Shown: positions 1 to 11,335, counted from the first letter of the stretch. The stretch is DNA of 64,000 bases from Muribaculaceae bacterium (GCA_017629835.1 JAGBWK010000005.1:9384-73383), one strand, 5' to 3'. The notes: generated by a model from the letters alone, not told the origin. Program-made: numbers and translations.

Positions 1-580
1 AACATTGCTCAGACCAACGATTAGCATCATTGACGATAAGCGTATCAGATTTATTATAGATTATATTTCCTTTACCCTTGTCGGACAATTCGGTTTTGAT
101 TATTGGCCGAATCATTTTTTCTTTACCAATCAGAAAATGTCCACCATGGTCATGGAATAAAACAACTCCGGGATGAGGCCCTTTACCATTGGGCACCAAG
201 AGATAAACGTTAACTCTCGTCCAACCCGAAAGATTCAATTGCACTATCTTAGCGACATAGCCATTTCGCTGCTCCTCATATATAACCTCAGCGGCATAAT
301 CCGATGGTGAGGGTGGGGGCGTCATCATCGATTTGGTCAACACAACGCGTGCAGAATCACGCCATTGACTAAAATCTGAAAAACCAGCATTTTCCCACGC
401 CATAGGATATGTCAGACGCGAGGTCATTGAATCAAGGAAGACAGGCATCTGTCGTTCTACTCCATAAGGAATATATTCTTGACAAACTGACTTAAATGAA
501 ATTAACAAAAGCGCTAATACAATAATTCTTGGTAATAGCACAATTGATTCACTAATATTTTTGCGATTTACAGCTTTCAT
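1..580 (-). CDS. Secreted alpha/beta hydrolase (dienelactone hydrolase-like), runs off window start
   Basis: Manual translation from ATG at 580: MKAVNRKNISESIVLLPRIIVLALLLISFKSVCQEY...YLLVPNGKGPHPGVVLFHDHGGHFLIGKEKMIRP; open to position 1; not in ORF track because truncated. Confidence 0.75.
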   Translation of the reverse strand, partial: MKAVNRKNISESIVLLPRIIVLALLLISFKSVCQEYIPYGVERQMPVFLDSMTSRLTYPMAWENAGFSDFSQWRDSARVVLTKSMMTPPPSPSDYAAEVIYEEQRNGYVAKIVQLNLSGWTRVNVYLLVPNGKGPHPGVVLFHDHGGHFLIGKEKMIRPIIKTELSDKGKGNIIYNKSDTLIVNDANRWSEQC

Positions 581-644
581 GGTTGAAACAAATTTAATTA
601 ATCGCAAATTTACAAAACTATTTCCAATTATTCAGAGCAATACA

Positions 645-694
645 TAAAATAGAAAGGATATGCCGCTTTATTACTTATCGACATATCCTCTCTA
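645..694 (-). terminator. Intrinsic terminator after dnaJ
   Basis: Imperfect inverted repeat TAGAAAGGATATGCCG / CGACATATCCTCTCTA with T run on minus strand. Confidence 0.6.
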
Positions 695-743
695 ATAATT
701 AGTTTTGTAAGCCTATTGGCTTTAATATTTGAGTGGTGTGCTT

Positions 744-1928
744 TTACTCAAAAATATGTTTGAGTTTAGAGAACACTCGGCTTTTAACCTCAGGGGTAGG
801 CTTAAGCGAGTTGTCATCCTTGATAGATTCAATTGCATCAACTACTGCTTTTGAGGGCTTTTCGGGGATATAAACCATAATGTTAATCAATTGATCGCCT
901 GTGCCATAGCCGTCGGTCGAGGGCAATCCCTTACCACGAAGACGCAACACCTTGCCTGGTTGAGTTCCTGCAGCGATATTTAATCGTGCACGACCAGTTA
1001 TTGTAGGCACCTCTACAGAGCCGCCAAGCATAGCTGTTGGCAAATCAAGCATAAGATTATATATCACATCGTTACCGTCCCTGATGAGTTCGCTATCTTT
1101 AATCTCTTCTATTACAACAAGAAGGTCGCCATTGATACCACCACGGCGAGGAGCGTTGCCTTTGCCTTGTACTGTAAGAATCATTCCGTCGCTAACTCCA
1201 GCAGGAATATTGATTGTCACAAGTTGCTCCTTTCGTTCAACACCTTCGCCTGAACAGTGGCTACATTTTTGAGTTATGGTTTTGCCTTCGCCACCACAAG
1301 TTGGACAAACCGATTGACTTTGCATTACGCCAAGTATGGTCTGCTGAGTGGTAGTGATAGTGCCAGTCCCATGACAAGATGAACAAGTTGTGAACGCTGT
1401 GCCATCCTTGGCGCCAGTGCCATTACATACATCACACTTAACTAATGTTGGGATTTTAAGCGTTTTTGATGTTCCTGTAGCTATTTCAGCAAGTGTTACT
1501 TTTACTTTAATACGTAAATCAGAGCCTTTACGAACAGGCTTGCGATGTTGTCCGCGAGTGCGACCTCCAGTTGCACCGCCCCATTGGCCGCCACTACGTC
1601 CTCCGAATATATCGCCAAATTGTTCGAATATATCTTCCATTGTAAAGCCGCCACCGAAACCGCCAAAGCCTCCAAAGCCTTGACCTCCGCCACCGAAACC
1701 TTGACCCATACTATGACCAAATTGGTCATATTTCTTACGCTTGTCAGCATCACTAAGCACTTCGTAAGCTTCAGCAGCTTCCATAAATTTTTCTTCGGCT
1801 GCTTTATCACCTGGATTTTTATCAGGATGATATTTTAATGCTAACTTACGATATGCTTTTTTGATTTCGTCGGCAGAAGCATTCTTGTCAACGCCAAGCA
1901 CTTCGTAATAATCTCTTTTTGTTGCCAT
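744..1928 (-). CDS. dnaJ: Chaperone DnaJ
   Basis: J domain with HPD, G/F-rich linker, four CxxCxGxG zinc repeats. Confidence 0.98.
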   Translation of the reverse strand: MATKRDYYEVLGVDKNASADEIKKAYRKLALKYHPDKNPGDKAAEEKFMEAAEAYEVLSDADKRKKYDQFGHSMGQGFGGGGQGFGGFGGFGGGFTMEDIFEQFGDIFGGRSGGQWGGATGGRTRGQHRKPVRKGSDLRIKVKVTLAEIATGTSKTLKIPTLVKCDVCNGTGAKDGTAFTTCSSCHGTGTITTTQQTILGVMQSQSVCPTCGGEGKTITQKCSHCSGEGVERKEQLVTINIPAGVSDGMILTVQGKGNAPRRGGINGDLLVVIEEIKDSELIRDGNDVIYNLMLDLPTAMLGGSVEVPTITGRARLNIAAGTQPGKVLRLRGKGLPSTDGYGTGDQLINIMVYIPEKPSKAVVDAIESIKDDNSLKPTPEVKSRVFSKLKHIFE

Positions 1929-1949
1929 AATTATAATTTATGGTATTTC

Positions 1950-2543
1950 TTATTGACCAACCACAACTTTAGCGTGGCGTATAACTTTATCATTTAGAAT
2001 ATATCCCTTCAACACTGTATCGATGACCTTGCCTTTGAGGCTCTCATCGCCAACTGGTACCATAGCAATAGCTTCATGGTAATCTACGTCGAAAGGTTGT
2101 TCGTTAGTTGGAATCTCTTTCACGCCATTCTGCTCAAGATATTTAACAAACTTCTTATATATCAGCTGCATACCTTCCTTTACAGCATCTGCATCAGATG
2201 TATCCTTAATTGCTGTTAATCCACGTTCAAAATCGTCGAGGATAGGGAGTAAGCCTTTCAATACTTGCTCAGCGGCATTACGCATCAATTCAGCTCTTTC
2301 ACGCATCATACGTTTCTTGAAGTTGTCAAACTCCGCCATAAGGAAAAGATACTCTTTGTTTACTTTTTCGAGCTCTTCCTCCTTTTGCTGGAGCGCAGTT
2401 CTTAATGCTTCGAGTTCATCTACTTCTTCAACATTAGTTGTATCAGCTGATTCTTCAACAACGTCGTTTAGTGTTACGTCACTATCTATTGTTTGTTTAG
2501 CCTCTTCGATCTCAATCGATTTTTTGTTCTTTTTATCTCCCAT
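1950..2543 (-). CDS. grpE: Nucleotide exchange factor GrpE
   Basis: AEFDNFKKR, LLPILDDFER, KGYILNDKVIRHAKVVV; directly upstream of dnaJ. Confidence 0.97.
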   Translation of the reverse strand: MGDKKNKKSIEIEEAKQTIDSDVTLNDVVEESADTTNVEEVDELEALRTALQQKEEELEKVNKEYLFLMAEFDNFKKRMMRERAELMRNAAEQVLKGLLPILDDFERGLTAIKDTSDADAVKEGMQLIYKKFVKYLEQNGVKEIPTNEQPFDVDYHEAIAMVPVGDESLKGKVIDTVLKGYILNDKVIRHAKVVVGQ

Positions 2544-2672
2544 TTTAATATAATAGAGTTTTCAGTTACTTTGTTTTGCGCTATTACACATAGCAAAAAC
2601 ATTGCCAAACATTATTGTTTAGCAATAAAATCTTATAAGTTTAACAAAATAATTGTAATAACGTTCAAATTA

Positions 2673-3506
2673 TCAGAAGCGTCCAACGTAAAATTCAAGG
2701 TCGGGGAACGCATTAGCCACACGTGCTGACAGATTGTCACCTTCGCTAAATATACCAAATATAGCGGAGCCACTCCCTGACATTGCCACATACTCAGCAC
2801 CCAATCCAATCATCAATTCCTTTGCATTTGCTATTTCGGGGAATTTAACCAAAACGCTTGCTTCAAAATCATTTTTTATTTCTTTCAGACTTGCAGGATT
2901 AGTAATATCAAAGCCTTCAATCGCGTTTTCAAGGGCTACATTGGGATATGCCGGTATAACTCCCGAATATGCTTCTTTAGTTGATACACAAGCCTTAGGT
3001 TTTACAATTGCGATATGTAATCCTGATAGTTCGATATCAATAGGGGAGAGTTCGGTCCCAATACCCTTAGCTATCATCGGTTTATTGTAAACGAAAAATG
3101 AGCAATCTGCGCCGAGCTCACCTGCAATAGCTGCTAATTTATCATCTGAAATATCCTTTGCAAACATATCTCTCAACGCAACCAATGTAAAAGCTGCATC
3201 TGAACTACCGCCTCCAAGTCCTGCGCCATCAGGTATAACTTTGTGAAGATATATATCAACTGGTGGTAATTCAACCTCCTGTGCGAGGCGATGATAAGCC
3301 TTCATCACAAGATTTTTCTCAGGGGGACAGTCAACTACACGCCCTGTGACAGACAAAGTTGTTTCCAAACCTTTTGCTGGAACTATTTCAAGTATATCAG
3401 ACCACCCGACAGGAAGAAACACTGTTGAAATATCATGATATCCGTCAGGGCGACGATTTAATACGTTGAGCCCAAGATTTATCTTAGCGTTTGGAAATAC
3501 GACCAT
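2673..3506 (-). CDS. ispE: 4-diphosphocytidyl-2-C-methyl-D-erythritol kinase
   Basis: PNAKINLGL, DGYHDI, GAGLGGGSSDAA, MSGSGS GHMP kinase motifs. Confidence 0.97.
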   Translation of the reverse strand: MVVFPNAKINLGLNVLNRRPDGYHDISTVFLPVGWSDILEIVPAKGLETTLSVTGRVVDCPPEKNLVMKAYHRLAQEVELPPVDIYLHKVIPDGAGLGGGSSDAAFTLVALRDMFAKDISDDKLAAIAGELGADCSFFVYNKPMIAKGIGTELSPIDIELSGLHIAIVKPKACVSTKEAYSGVIPAYPNVALENAIEGFDITNPASLKEIKNDFEASVLVKFPEIANAKELMIGLGAEYVAMSGSGSAIFGIFSEGDNLSARVANAFPDLEFYVGRF

Positions 3507-3591
3507 TGTTCGAATTTATTTATAACCGATAAGCTGATACGAATTTTGATTCAATATGACAAAGGTAAGAATTTAGCTGTGGATACGCAAA

Positions 3592-3623
3592 TTTGTGCTT
3601 TCTGCTATTTTTTTGTAAATTTG
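3592..3623 (+). promoter_or_regulatory. Bacteroidetes sigma-A type promoter for lepA
   Basis: TTTG (3592-3595) and TAAATTTG (3616-3623) match the TTTG / TAnnTTTG consensus. Confidence 0.6.
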
Positions 3624-3645
3624 CATTGAAATTTCAACGACGTCT

Positions 3646-5433
3646 ATGAAACATATCCGTAACTTCTGCATTATCGCTCATATCGACCACGGCAAATCAA
3701 CTCTTGCCGACCGATTACTTGAATACACTAATACCATATCTCAAAAAGACTTGCAAGCGCAAGTACTTGACGATATGGAACTTGAGCGCGAGCGTGGCAT
3801 CACAATCAAAAGCCATGCCATACAAATGCAGCATACTATCGACGGTGTCGAATACACGCTCAATCTTATTGACACTCCAGGACACGTTGACTTCTCCTAT
3901 GAAGTGAGCCGCTCAATTGCTGCTTGCGAAGGCGCATTGCTCATCGTTGATGCATCGCAAGGTATTCAAGCTCAAACAATATCCAACCTATATATGGCTA
4001 TTGACAACGACCTTGAGATTATACCTGTAATCAATAAGGTTGACCTTGATAGCGCAAAGCCCGATGAGGTTGAAGACCAAATAGTAGAATTACTTGGCTG
4101 CAAACGCGAAGAAATCATTCGCGCCAGTGGTAAAACTGGGATAGGCATTGAAGATATTCTACGAGCAATCGTAGAGCGCATCCCTGCTCCTGACGGAGAC
4201 CCGGATGCTCCATTTCAAGCACTGATTTTCGACTCTGTATTCAACCCATTCCGCGGCATTATTGCATATTTCAAAATCGTTAATGGCTCTATTCGTAAAA
4301 ACGACTTCGTTAAATTCGTTTCTACAGAAAAACAATATCATGCCGACGAAATTGGTGTTCTAAAGCTCGATATGTCGCCACGCAATGAGCTTTCGGCTGG
4401 AAATGTTGGATATATAATCTCTGGCATAAAAACATCACGCGAGGTGCGTGTGGGCGATACTATTACCCATGTTGACCGCCCCTGCGAATCAGCTATCGAC
4501 GGTTTTGAAGAAGTAAAACCAATGGTGTTTGCTGGTGTTTATCCTATCGAAACTGAAGATTTTGAAAATCTGAGAGCATCGCTCGAAAAGCTGCAACTGA
4601 ATGACGCGTCGCTAACATTCTCACCCGAATCATCAATGGCTTTGGGATTCGGATTCCGTTGCGGTTTTCTTGGGCTGCTACACATGGAGATTATCCAAGA
4701 GCGCCTTGGCAGAGAATTCGATATGGATGTTATCACAACTGTTCCAAACGTATCATACCGCGTATTCGACAAAAAAGGAGTTATGACTGAGGTTCACAAT
4801 CCATCTGGGCTTCCGGACATTACACTCATTGACCACATCGAAGAACCCTACATTCGCGCATCTATAATTACAACTACCGACTTTATCGGTCCGATTATGA
4901 CACTTTGCCTTGGCAAACGAGGAGAACTCATTAAGCAAGAGTTCATATCGGGCAACCGAGTTGAAATCATATTTGATATGCCATTAGGAGAAATCGTTAT
5001 CGACTTCTACGATAAACTTAAGAGCATCTCAAAAGGTTATGCATCGTTCGACTACCACATCCACGATTTCCGCGAATCAAAACTCATAAAACTCGACATT
5101 CTTCTTAACGGCGAAAGCGTCGATGCACTCTCTACTCTTACACACGTTGACAATGCTGTAAGTTTTGGCCGAAGAATGTGCGAAAAGCTTAAAGAATTGA
5201 TTCCTCGACAGCAATTCGATATCGCAATTCAAGCTGCAATCGGAGCAAAAATCATCGCTCGCGAAACTATCAAAGCTGTACGAAAAGATGTTACAGCGAA
5301 ATGTTATGGTGGTGATATTTCCCGTAAGCGCAAACTGCTTGAAAAACAGAAAAAAGGCAAAAAGCGTATGAAGCAGATTGGCTCTGTGGAGGTGCCACAA
5401 AAAGCATTCCTTGCCGTTCTAAAACTCGATTAA
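3646..5433 (+). CDS. lepA: Elongation factor 4 (LepA)
   Basis: [45 protein letters not shown]. Confidence 0.99.
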   Translation: MKHIRNFCIIAHIDHGKSTLADRLLEYTNTISQKDLQAQVLDDMELERERGITIKSHAIQMQHTIDGVEYTLNLIDTPGHVDFSYEVSRSIAACEGALLIVDASQGIQAQTISNLYMAIDNDLEIIPVINKVDLDSAKPDEVEDQIVELLGCKREEIIRASGKTGIGIEDILRAIVERIPAPDGDPDAPFQALIFDSVFNPFRGIIAYFKIVNGSIRKNDFVKFVSTEKQYHADEIGVLKLDMSPRNELSAGNVGYIISGIKTSREVRVGDTITHVDRPCESAIDGFEEVKPMVFAGVYPIETEDFENLRASLEKLQLNDASLTFSPESSMALGFGFRCGFLGLLHMEIIQERLGREFDMDVITTVPNVSYRVFDKKGVMTEVHNPSGLPDITLIDHIEEPYIRASIITTTDFIGPIMTLCLGKRGELIKQEFISGNRVEIIFDMPLGEIVIDFYDKLKSISKGYASFDYHIHDFRESKLIKLDILLNGESVDALSTLTHVDNAVSFGRRMCEKLKELIPRQQFDIAIQAAIGAKIIARETIKAVRKDVTAKCYGGDISRKRKLLEKQKKGKKRMKQIGSVEVPQKAFLAVLKLD

Positions 5434-5440
5434 TAATTTC

Positions 5441-5473
5441 AGCAACGTGGTATAATGCCACGTTGTTTTTTTT
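5441..5473 (+). terminator. Intrinsic terminator of lepA
   Basis: AGCAACGTGG-loop-CCACGTTGTT followed by long T run. Confidence 0.85.
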
Positions 5474-5597
5474 ACAATATCAATTCGACACTTCGATTAC
5501 TCGATTATTCGATTACTCAATTTCTCTAATAATCGAACACTTTACAAATAAAACTCCAACTCCTTAACTAAAAAATTTTCAAAAAATCTCCAACGAG

Positions 5598-5629
5598 TTT
5601 GCAAATTTCACATTTTTATGTTAATTTTG
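5598..5629 (+). promoter_or_regulatory. Promoter of rprXY
   Basis: TTTG at 5598 and TAATTTTG at 5622-5629. Confidence 0.55.
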
Positions 5630-5759
5630 CCTCGAAGTGTTAAAAACACAATTACAATGTTAATACTGAAATAAACATTTATTTAACAAATTTGTTCCTA
5701 TTACGAATAGATATTTAACTGTTTATCACGCATTAATACAGCTAATTAGCTAAACGAAT

Positions 5760-7304
5760 ATGAAAAAATCAACCATTTGGGTACTGACTATATTAATGGC
5801 TATGACAATCATTGGTCTGCTGTATATCGAAATTCGATATATGAACGACATGATGAAAATGCGAGCCGATCAATTCGCCGAAGGAGTGCAACGCAGCCTT
5901 AATTCGGTAAGCTATCGTCTTGAACAGGATGAAACAAAGTTTTATCTCGAAGATGATGTCAACGAAATCCAAGCGTCAGCTATTTATGCACAATATTCAA
6001 ATGGACAGCCACCACATCTAAGCGGTATGCGCTATTCGTTTTCCACATTGAGTGGGGTAGAAGGCAACCTCACAATTAGGGGTGACATTGACCAACTTTC
6101 TAAAATTCAAGACGACAATAAAAATCTTCTCAACCGATACAATTCAATGCAGATGATGTCGGAGGAGCTCAACGACCGATACCTTTACCAAAAGGGACTT
6201 ATTGATGAGGTGATTCTTAAAATCTCAACCCAAGCGAGCAACCGCCCAGTCGAGGAACGCGTCGATTCAGTGACAGCTCGTGAATACATCGCAGAAGAAC
6301 TAAAAAACAATGGCTTAGACTTGCCATTTGAATTTGCTGTGGTAAACCGCAGCGGCATACCAATCTATGCGACTACGTTGTTTCCTAAGGGCGAAATAGA
6401 GGATGAATCTGCTCTGTTCTTCTCTCCGCTATTCCCTAACGACCCTGCAACAAAACGTATCTTCATTAAAGTATTCTTCCCCTCAAAAGGGAGCTACATT
6501 TACAAATCGCTCGGATTCGTAATTCCTGCGCTTGGGTTCACACTCGTACTACTCGTCGTCTTTATTCTGACTATCATTTTGGCTTTCCGTCAGAAAAGGC
6601 TCAACGAGATGAAGACCGACTTCATCAATAATATGACACACGAGTTCAAAACCCCAATATCGACAATATCACTCGCAGCTCAAATGCTAAACGACGACTC
6701 TGTAAGAAAGTCTCCAGGTATGATGCGTCACATATCAACGATAATCAACGACGAAACCAAACGCCTACGATTCCAAGTTGAAAAGGTGTTGCAGCTATCA
6801 ATGTTTGATCGCAAAAAAGCCACATTGCGCTTGCAAGAAGTTGATGCAAACGTCGTAATTGACGGCATTATCAACACATTCAAGATAAAAGCCGAACGAT
6901 ATGGTGGCCACATCAATGCAGAACTTAATGCTGAAAATGCTATTATCAACGTCGACGAAATGCATTTCACCAACGTTATCTACAACCTACTTGACAATGC
7001 AGTGAAATACCGCGACCAAGAACGTCCGCTCAATCTCATTGTGTCGACTGCCAACATCTCTGGCGAAAGACTCCAAATCACAATCGAAGACAATGGCATC
7101 GGCATAAAGAAAGAGGACTTAAAACGTATATTTGAAAAATTCTATCGTGTCCCAACGGGCAATCAACACGACGTCAAAGGCTTTGGACTTGGACTTGCCT
7201 ACGTTCATAAAATGGTATCACTATTAGGCGGCTCTATCAAAGCTGAAAGCGACATTAACTCAGGAACAAAATTTATAATCATATTACCACTAACTAAAAA
7301 CTAA
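5760..7304 (+). CDS. rprX: Sensor histidine kinase, RprX-like
   Basis: Two TM segments, H box NNMTHEFKTP, N box NLLDNAVKY, G boxes DNGIGI and GFGLGL; follows an EF-G-family gene and precedes an RprY-like regulator. Confidence 0.85.
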   Translation: MKKSTIWVLTILMAMTIIGLLYIEIRYMNDMMKMRADQFAEGVQRSLNSVSYRLEQDETKFYLEDDVNEIQASAIYAQYSNGQPPHLSGMRYSFSTLSGVEGNLTIRGDIDQLSKIQDDNKNLLNRYNSMQMMSEELNDRYLYQKGLIDEVILKISTQASNRPVEERVDSVTAREYIAEELKNNGLDLPFEFAVVNRSGIPIYATTLFPKGEIEDESALFFSPLFPNDPATKRIFIKVFFPSKGSYIYKSLGFVIPALGFTLVLLVVFILTIILAFRQKRLNEMKTDFINNMTHEFKTPISTISLAAQMLNDDSVRKSPGMMRHISTIINDETKRLRFQVEKVLQLSMFDRKKATLRLQEVDANVVIDGIINTFKIKAERYGGHINAELNAENAIINVDEMHFTNVIYNLLDNAVKYRDQERPLNLIVSTANISGERLQITIEDNGIGIKKEDLKRIFEKFYRVPTGNQHDVKGFGLGLAYVHKMVSLLGGSIKAESDINSGTKFIIILPLTKN

Positions 7305-7309
7305 AAATT

Positions 7310-8014
7310 ATGGAAGAACGTATGCACATACTTCTGTGTGAAGACGACGAGAATCTCGGTATGCTACTCAGAGAGTATTTACAAGCAAAAGGTTTCAACG
7401 CCGACCTCTATCCCGACGGCGACGCTGGCTACAAAGCCTTCCAAAAAGTGAAATACGATCTTTGCGTATTCGACGTTATGATGCCTAAAAAAGATGGCTT
7501 CACTCTTGCACAGGAAATCAGAACAATCAACAGCGAAGTGCCTATCATATTCTTGACTGCCAAATCTCTTAAGGACGACATCCTTGAAGGCTTCAAAATC
7601 GGCGCTGACGACTACATCACCAAACCTTTCTCAATGGAAGAACTCGTGTTCCGTATTGAGGCAATCCTTCGTCGCGTAAAAGGCAAGAAAGGCAAAGAGG
7701 TAACCGTCTATAAGATTGGCGGATACACATTCGACACTCAGAAACAAACTCTCGTATTCAAAGGCTCTACACCCGAAAAGTTGACAACCAAAGAATCGGA
7801 GCTTCTCAATCTCCTTTGCGCTCACGCTAACGAAATTCTTGAAAGAAACTACGCTCTCAAGACTATTTGGATTGACGACAATTATTTCAATGCGCGCTCA
7901 ATGGACGTTTATATCACTAAACTTCGCAAAAAACTCGTCAACGACCCAAGAGTTGAAATCATAAACATCCACGGCAAAGGCTACAAACTTATCATTCCCG
8001 ACGAAGAAGCATAA
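7310..8014 (+). CDS. rprY: OmpR-family response regulator RprY
   Basis: LLCEDDENLGMLLREYL, DVMMPKKDG, NYFNARSMDVYITKLRK typical of Bacteroidales RprY. Confidence 0.9.
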   Translation: MEERMHILLCEDDENLGMLLREYLQAKGFNADLYPDGDAGYKAFQKVKYDLCVFDVMMPKKDGFTLAQEIRTINSEVPIIFLTAKSLKDDILEGFKIGADDYITKPFSMEELVFRIEAILRRVKGKKGKEVTVYKIGGYTFDTQKQTLVFKGSTPEKLTTKESELLNLLCAHANEILERNYALKTIWIDDNYFNARSMDVYITKLRKKLVNDPRVEIINIHGKGYKLIIPDEEA

Positions 8015-8032
8015 TCGCTTCATAAATATGTT

Positions 8033-8074
8033 TAATTCCCGATGCGAATCACAACTCGTTTCGGGAATTATTTT
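8033..8074 (+). terminator. Intrinsic terminator after rprY
   Basis: TAATTCCCGA ... TCGGGAATTA followed by TTTT. Confidence 0.7.
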
Positions 8075-8121
8075 GTAGCTATTACACACTATTATCGCGA
8101 TTTTTACGTTATAATTTACGT

Positions 8122-9150
8122 ATGAATATATCTATACGTATCATATTGTCGATATTCGCCATTCTATCTTGCAGCTCGCTTATAGCTCAGGATGGCTCAA
8201 CTGCATATAACTTTTTGAATATCACCAATTCGGCTCACTTATATGGTCTTGGTGGAGTCAATATCTCCACTGTAGAAAGCGACCTTACGACTACTGACCA
8301 AAACCCTGGTCTGCTTGGGCAGGAAATGGACAACCAACTAACGTTTAACTATATGCGCTACGTTGGTGGCTCAAATTTCGCCGGTGTGCGCTACGGCAAA
8401 GCAATTGCTTCGCATGGAGCATTAGCCGTTGGGCTTCAATATTTCGGATATGGCTCAATGAAAGGCTATGACGAATTAGGCAATTACACAGGCAATTTCT
8501 CCCCAAAAGATATAGCTATTACAGCTACATACTCCTACGACTTTAACGACCGACTACGTGGTGGTGCCACGTTAAAAATGTTGGCAAGCAACTACGAGCA
8601 ATACTCTGCATTTGCTGTTGCAACCGACCTCGGTATCAACTACTACAACCCCGAAAATGACCTCTCATTGTCGGTTGTTGTAGCCAATCTTGGCGGACAA
8701 TTAAAGAAATTCAACGAATCATACGACCGACTCCCAATCGACGTACGCTTGGGTTGGACTCAATCGTTCGGAACATTGCCAATTCGTTTCTCTATCACAG
8801 CATGGAACTTAACGAAATGGAATCTACCATACTACACCGTAGGCGACGGCATTACTGATTCTGATTCTGAGCCAGTCAAAAAACAATCGTTCGCCACAAA
8901 TCTATTTCGTCACCTTATCTTTGCCGCCGACATCGTTCCCTCTGATAAATACTACATTTCGCTCGCATACAACCATAAAGTCAAAACAGACATGAGCGCT
9001 TACCACCGAACAATCATTTCAGGTTTTTCTATCGGTGCAGGCCTCAACGTCAACCGATTTGCAGTCGGTCTTGCATTTGCTCAGCCCCACACTGGAGCAA
9101 CTACCTTTATGGTCAATCTGAGAGTCAACATCAACGACTTCCTCAACTAA
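8122..9150 (+). CDS. porQ: Type IX secretion system outer-membrane protein PorQ
   Basis: Signal peptide, YNFLNI..SA...LGG.NI and NPGLL motifs of the PorV/PorQ family; usual position upstream of cmk. Confidence 0.8.
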   Translation: MNISIRIILSIFAILSCSSLIAQDGSTAYNFLNITNSAHLYGLGGVNISTVESDLTTTDQNPGLLGQEMDNQLTFNYMRYVGGSNFAGVRYGKAIASHGALAVGLQYFGYGSMKGYDELGNYTGNFSPKDIAITATYSYDFNDRLRGGATLKMLASNYEQYSAFAVATDLGINYYNPENDLSLSVVVANLGGQLKKFNESYDRLPIDVRLGWTQSFGTLPIRFSITAWNLTKWNLPYYTVGDGITDSDSEPVKKQSFATNLFRHLIFAADIVPSDKYYISLAYNHKVKTDMSAYHRTIISGFSIGAGLNVNRFAVGLAFAQPHTGATTFMVNLRVNINDFLN

Positions 9151-9193
9151 ATAAGTCTAAATCAATAACACCCAGTTATATATATTCGACAGC

Positions 9194-9883
9194 ATGAAAA
9201 AAATTACTATTGCAATCGACGGCTTCTCTTCGTCAGGGAAAAGCACAATGGCTAAACAATTAGCCAGAACAATTGGTTATCGCTATATCGACTCTGGCGC
9301 AATGTACAGAGCTGTAACGCTTTATGCTCTCGAAAACAGCATGGTAGCAGCCGACGGCACTATCGACGAAAAGTCGCTAATCGCAGCGCTACCCGATATT
9401 CATATCGATTTCGCGCCAACTGAAAATGGGCAACGCACTCTGCTCAATGGCCGCGACGTTGAGGATGAAATACGCACACTCCGCGTCTCTAACAGTGTTT
9501 CTCCAGTAGCTGTAATACCCGAAGTGCGCCACGCAATGGTAGCAATCCAGCAAGCATTTGGGGTAGAAAAAGGCATTGTAATGGACGGTCGCGACATTGG
9601 CACAACCGTATTCCCCGATGCAGAGCTAAAAATCTATGTCAACGCTTCAGCCGAAACACGCGCTAAGCGTCGCTGGATTGAACTTCGCGAGAAAGGGGAT
9701 AACACAACCACTTACGAGGATGTGCTCGACAATGTGCGCACACGCGACCATATCGACTCTACTCGCAAAGAAAGCCCACTCCGCCGTGCTGACGATGCCA
9801 TAGATCTCGACAACGACAATATGTCTATCGAGCAGCAAAACGCATGGCTTCTTGAGCAATTCAACAAGGCAGCCAATTGCTAA
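9194..9883 (+). CDS. cmk: Cytidylate kinase
   Basis: IAIDGFSSSGKST, IDSGAMYRA, MDGRDIGT. Confidence 0.97.
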   Translation: MKKITIAIDGFSSSGKSTMAKQLARTIGYRYIDSGAMYRAVTLYALENSMVAADGTIDEKSLIAALPDIHIDFAPTENGQRTLLNGRDVEDEIRTLRVSNSVSPVAVIPEVRHAMVAIQQAFGVEKGIVMDGRDIGTTVFPDAELKIYVNASAETRAKRRWIELREKGDNTTTYEDVLDNVRTRDHIDSTRKESPLRRADDAIDLDNDNMSIEQQNAWLLEQFNKAANC

Positions 9884-9953
9884 TTCCTATAATACAACAA
9901 CAGGATAGCAGTTGTAATCAACACAACATAATTCCATAGACAAATCATCGTAT

Positions 9954-10838
9954 ATGGTTAAAGTCGAGATTGACGAAGGCTCTGGATTTTGCAACGGAGT
10001 AGTTGCTGCAATCCGTAAAGCTGAAGAAGCACTTTCCAACAACTCATCGCTATATTGCTTGGGCGACATCGTACACAACAACGACGAAGTAAGCCGCCTC
10101 GAAAGCAAAGGTATGGTCACTATCAACCACGAGCAGTTGGCCAACATCAGCGGCGAGCAAGTGCTTCTGCGTGCGCATGGCGAGCCCCCCTCGACATATA
10201 CCACTGCTCAAAGCCACAATATTGAAATAATTGATGCAACATGCCCCGTAGTGCTGAAACTGCAGCAACGCATCAAACGTAGCTACACCGAAGCAACGGC
10301 TACGCGCCAAATTGTAATCTATGGCAAATTAGGGCACGCAGAAGTTAACGGATTGGTAGGGCAGACCGACGGCAACGCCATAGTAATACAAAACACAGCC
10401 GACCTCGACAAAATCGATTTCACAAAAGATATCGACCTTTACTCACAAACTACGATGTCGGTTTCTGGTTTCAAAGAAATAATCGACGAAATTGAACGAC
10501 GACGCCACCCGCAGACAACCTTCAGAAGCTTCGATACCATTTGCCGACAGGTGGCAAACCGCGTCGACAACCTACGTCGCTTTGCTGCCGAACATTCGCT
10601 CATAATCTTTGTTAGCGGACCTAAAAGCAGTAACGGCAAATTCCTGTTCGAAGAATGTCTTGCCGTCAATCCGCAAACCAAAATGGTCTCGGGCAAAAAC
10701 GATTTCGATTCCGCATGGCTTAACGGCATTGAAAGCGTAGGCATCTGTGGCGCAACCTCAACGCCCCGCTGGCTTATGGAGAATGTAAAATTCGAGATTG
10801 AGCAACTTATCGCCAAGTCAAACAACGAATTTAATTAG
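9954..10838 (+). CDS. ispH: 4-hydroxy-3-methylbut-2-enyl diphosphate reductase
   Basis: SGFC.GV, IVHN, RAHG, DATCP, SQTT, DTIC, SSN, GATSTP. Confidence 0.97.
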   Translation: MVKVEIDEGSGFCNGVVAAIRKAEEALSNNSSLYCLGDIVHNNDEVSRLESKGMVTINHEQLANISGEQVLLRAHGEPPSTYTTAQSHNIEIIDATCPVVLKLQQRIKRSYTEATATRQIVIYGKLGHAEVNGLVGQTDGNAIVIQNTADLDKIDFTKDIDLYSQTTMSVSGFKEIIDEIERRRHPQTTFRSFDTICRQVANRVDNLRRFAAEHSLIIFVSGPKSSNGKFLFEECLAVNPQTKMVSGKNDFDSAWLNGIESVGICGATSTPRWLMENVKFEIEQLIAKSNNEFN

Positions 10839-10850
10839 TAATCAGCACAA

Positions 10851-11189
10851 ATGAGAGTAAAGCTACTTGCAATACCCCTATTGGCTACAATTGCCATAGC
10901 TACATCTTGCGGCAGCGACAAGCCCGTAGGCGACGCTTACCGCTACCACCACGTAGCCTCAATTGCAGAGCAATATGCTGAAATACTCCTACAACTTGAC
11001 CCACAAAGCAAAGCTATGCAACATCGCCTTATGGACATCGTCTCGCGAGCATACAAACTTGAAGAGAAGGGCGACAAGCAACTTTCAATCTACTTTCGCA
11101 CACACATCGAAGACCACGTTGCTGCAGCCGACTCAACTTTAGCCAACGAAATATTTGGCTCACCTCGCAGCCCATTCCTGCGTCATTAA
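10851..11189 (+). CDS. Hypothetical lipoprotein
   Basis: Lipoprotein signal MRVKLLAIPLLATIAIATSC; 12 nt downstream of ispH. Confidence 0.7.
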   Translation: MRVKLLAIPLLATIAIATSCGSDKPVGDAYRYHHVASIAEQYAEILLQLDPQSKAMQHRLMDIVSRAYKLEEKGDKQLSIYFRTHIEDHVAAADSTLANEIFGSPRSPFLRH

Positions 11190-11335
11190 TCCCGATTCGC
11201 CAGAATATTTGTGCGATGTAGCCCCAATATAACCCGCCAAAATCTATCGCTACAAGCGTTTGATTTTGATTAACACAAAAATATCGCCGATTTACATTTC
11301 TTGAGTGCACAAAATTTTGTACCTTTGCTTTTCAA

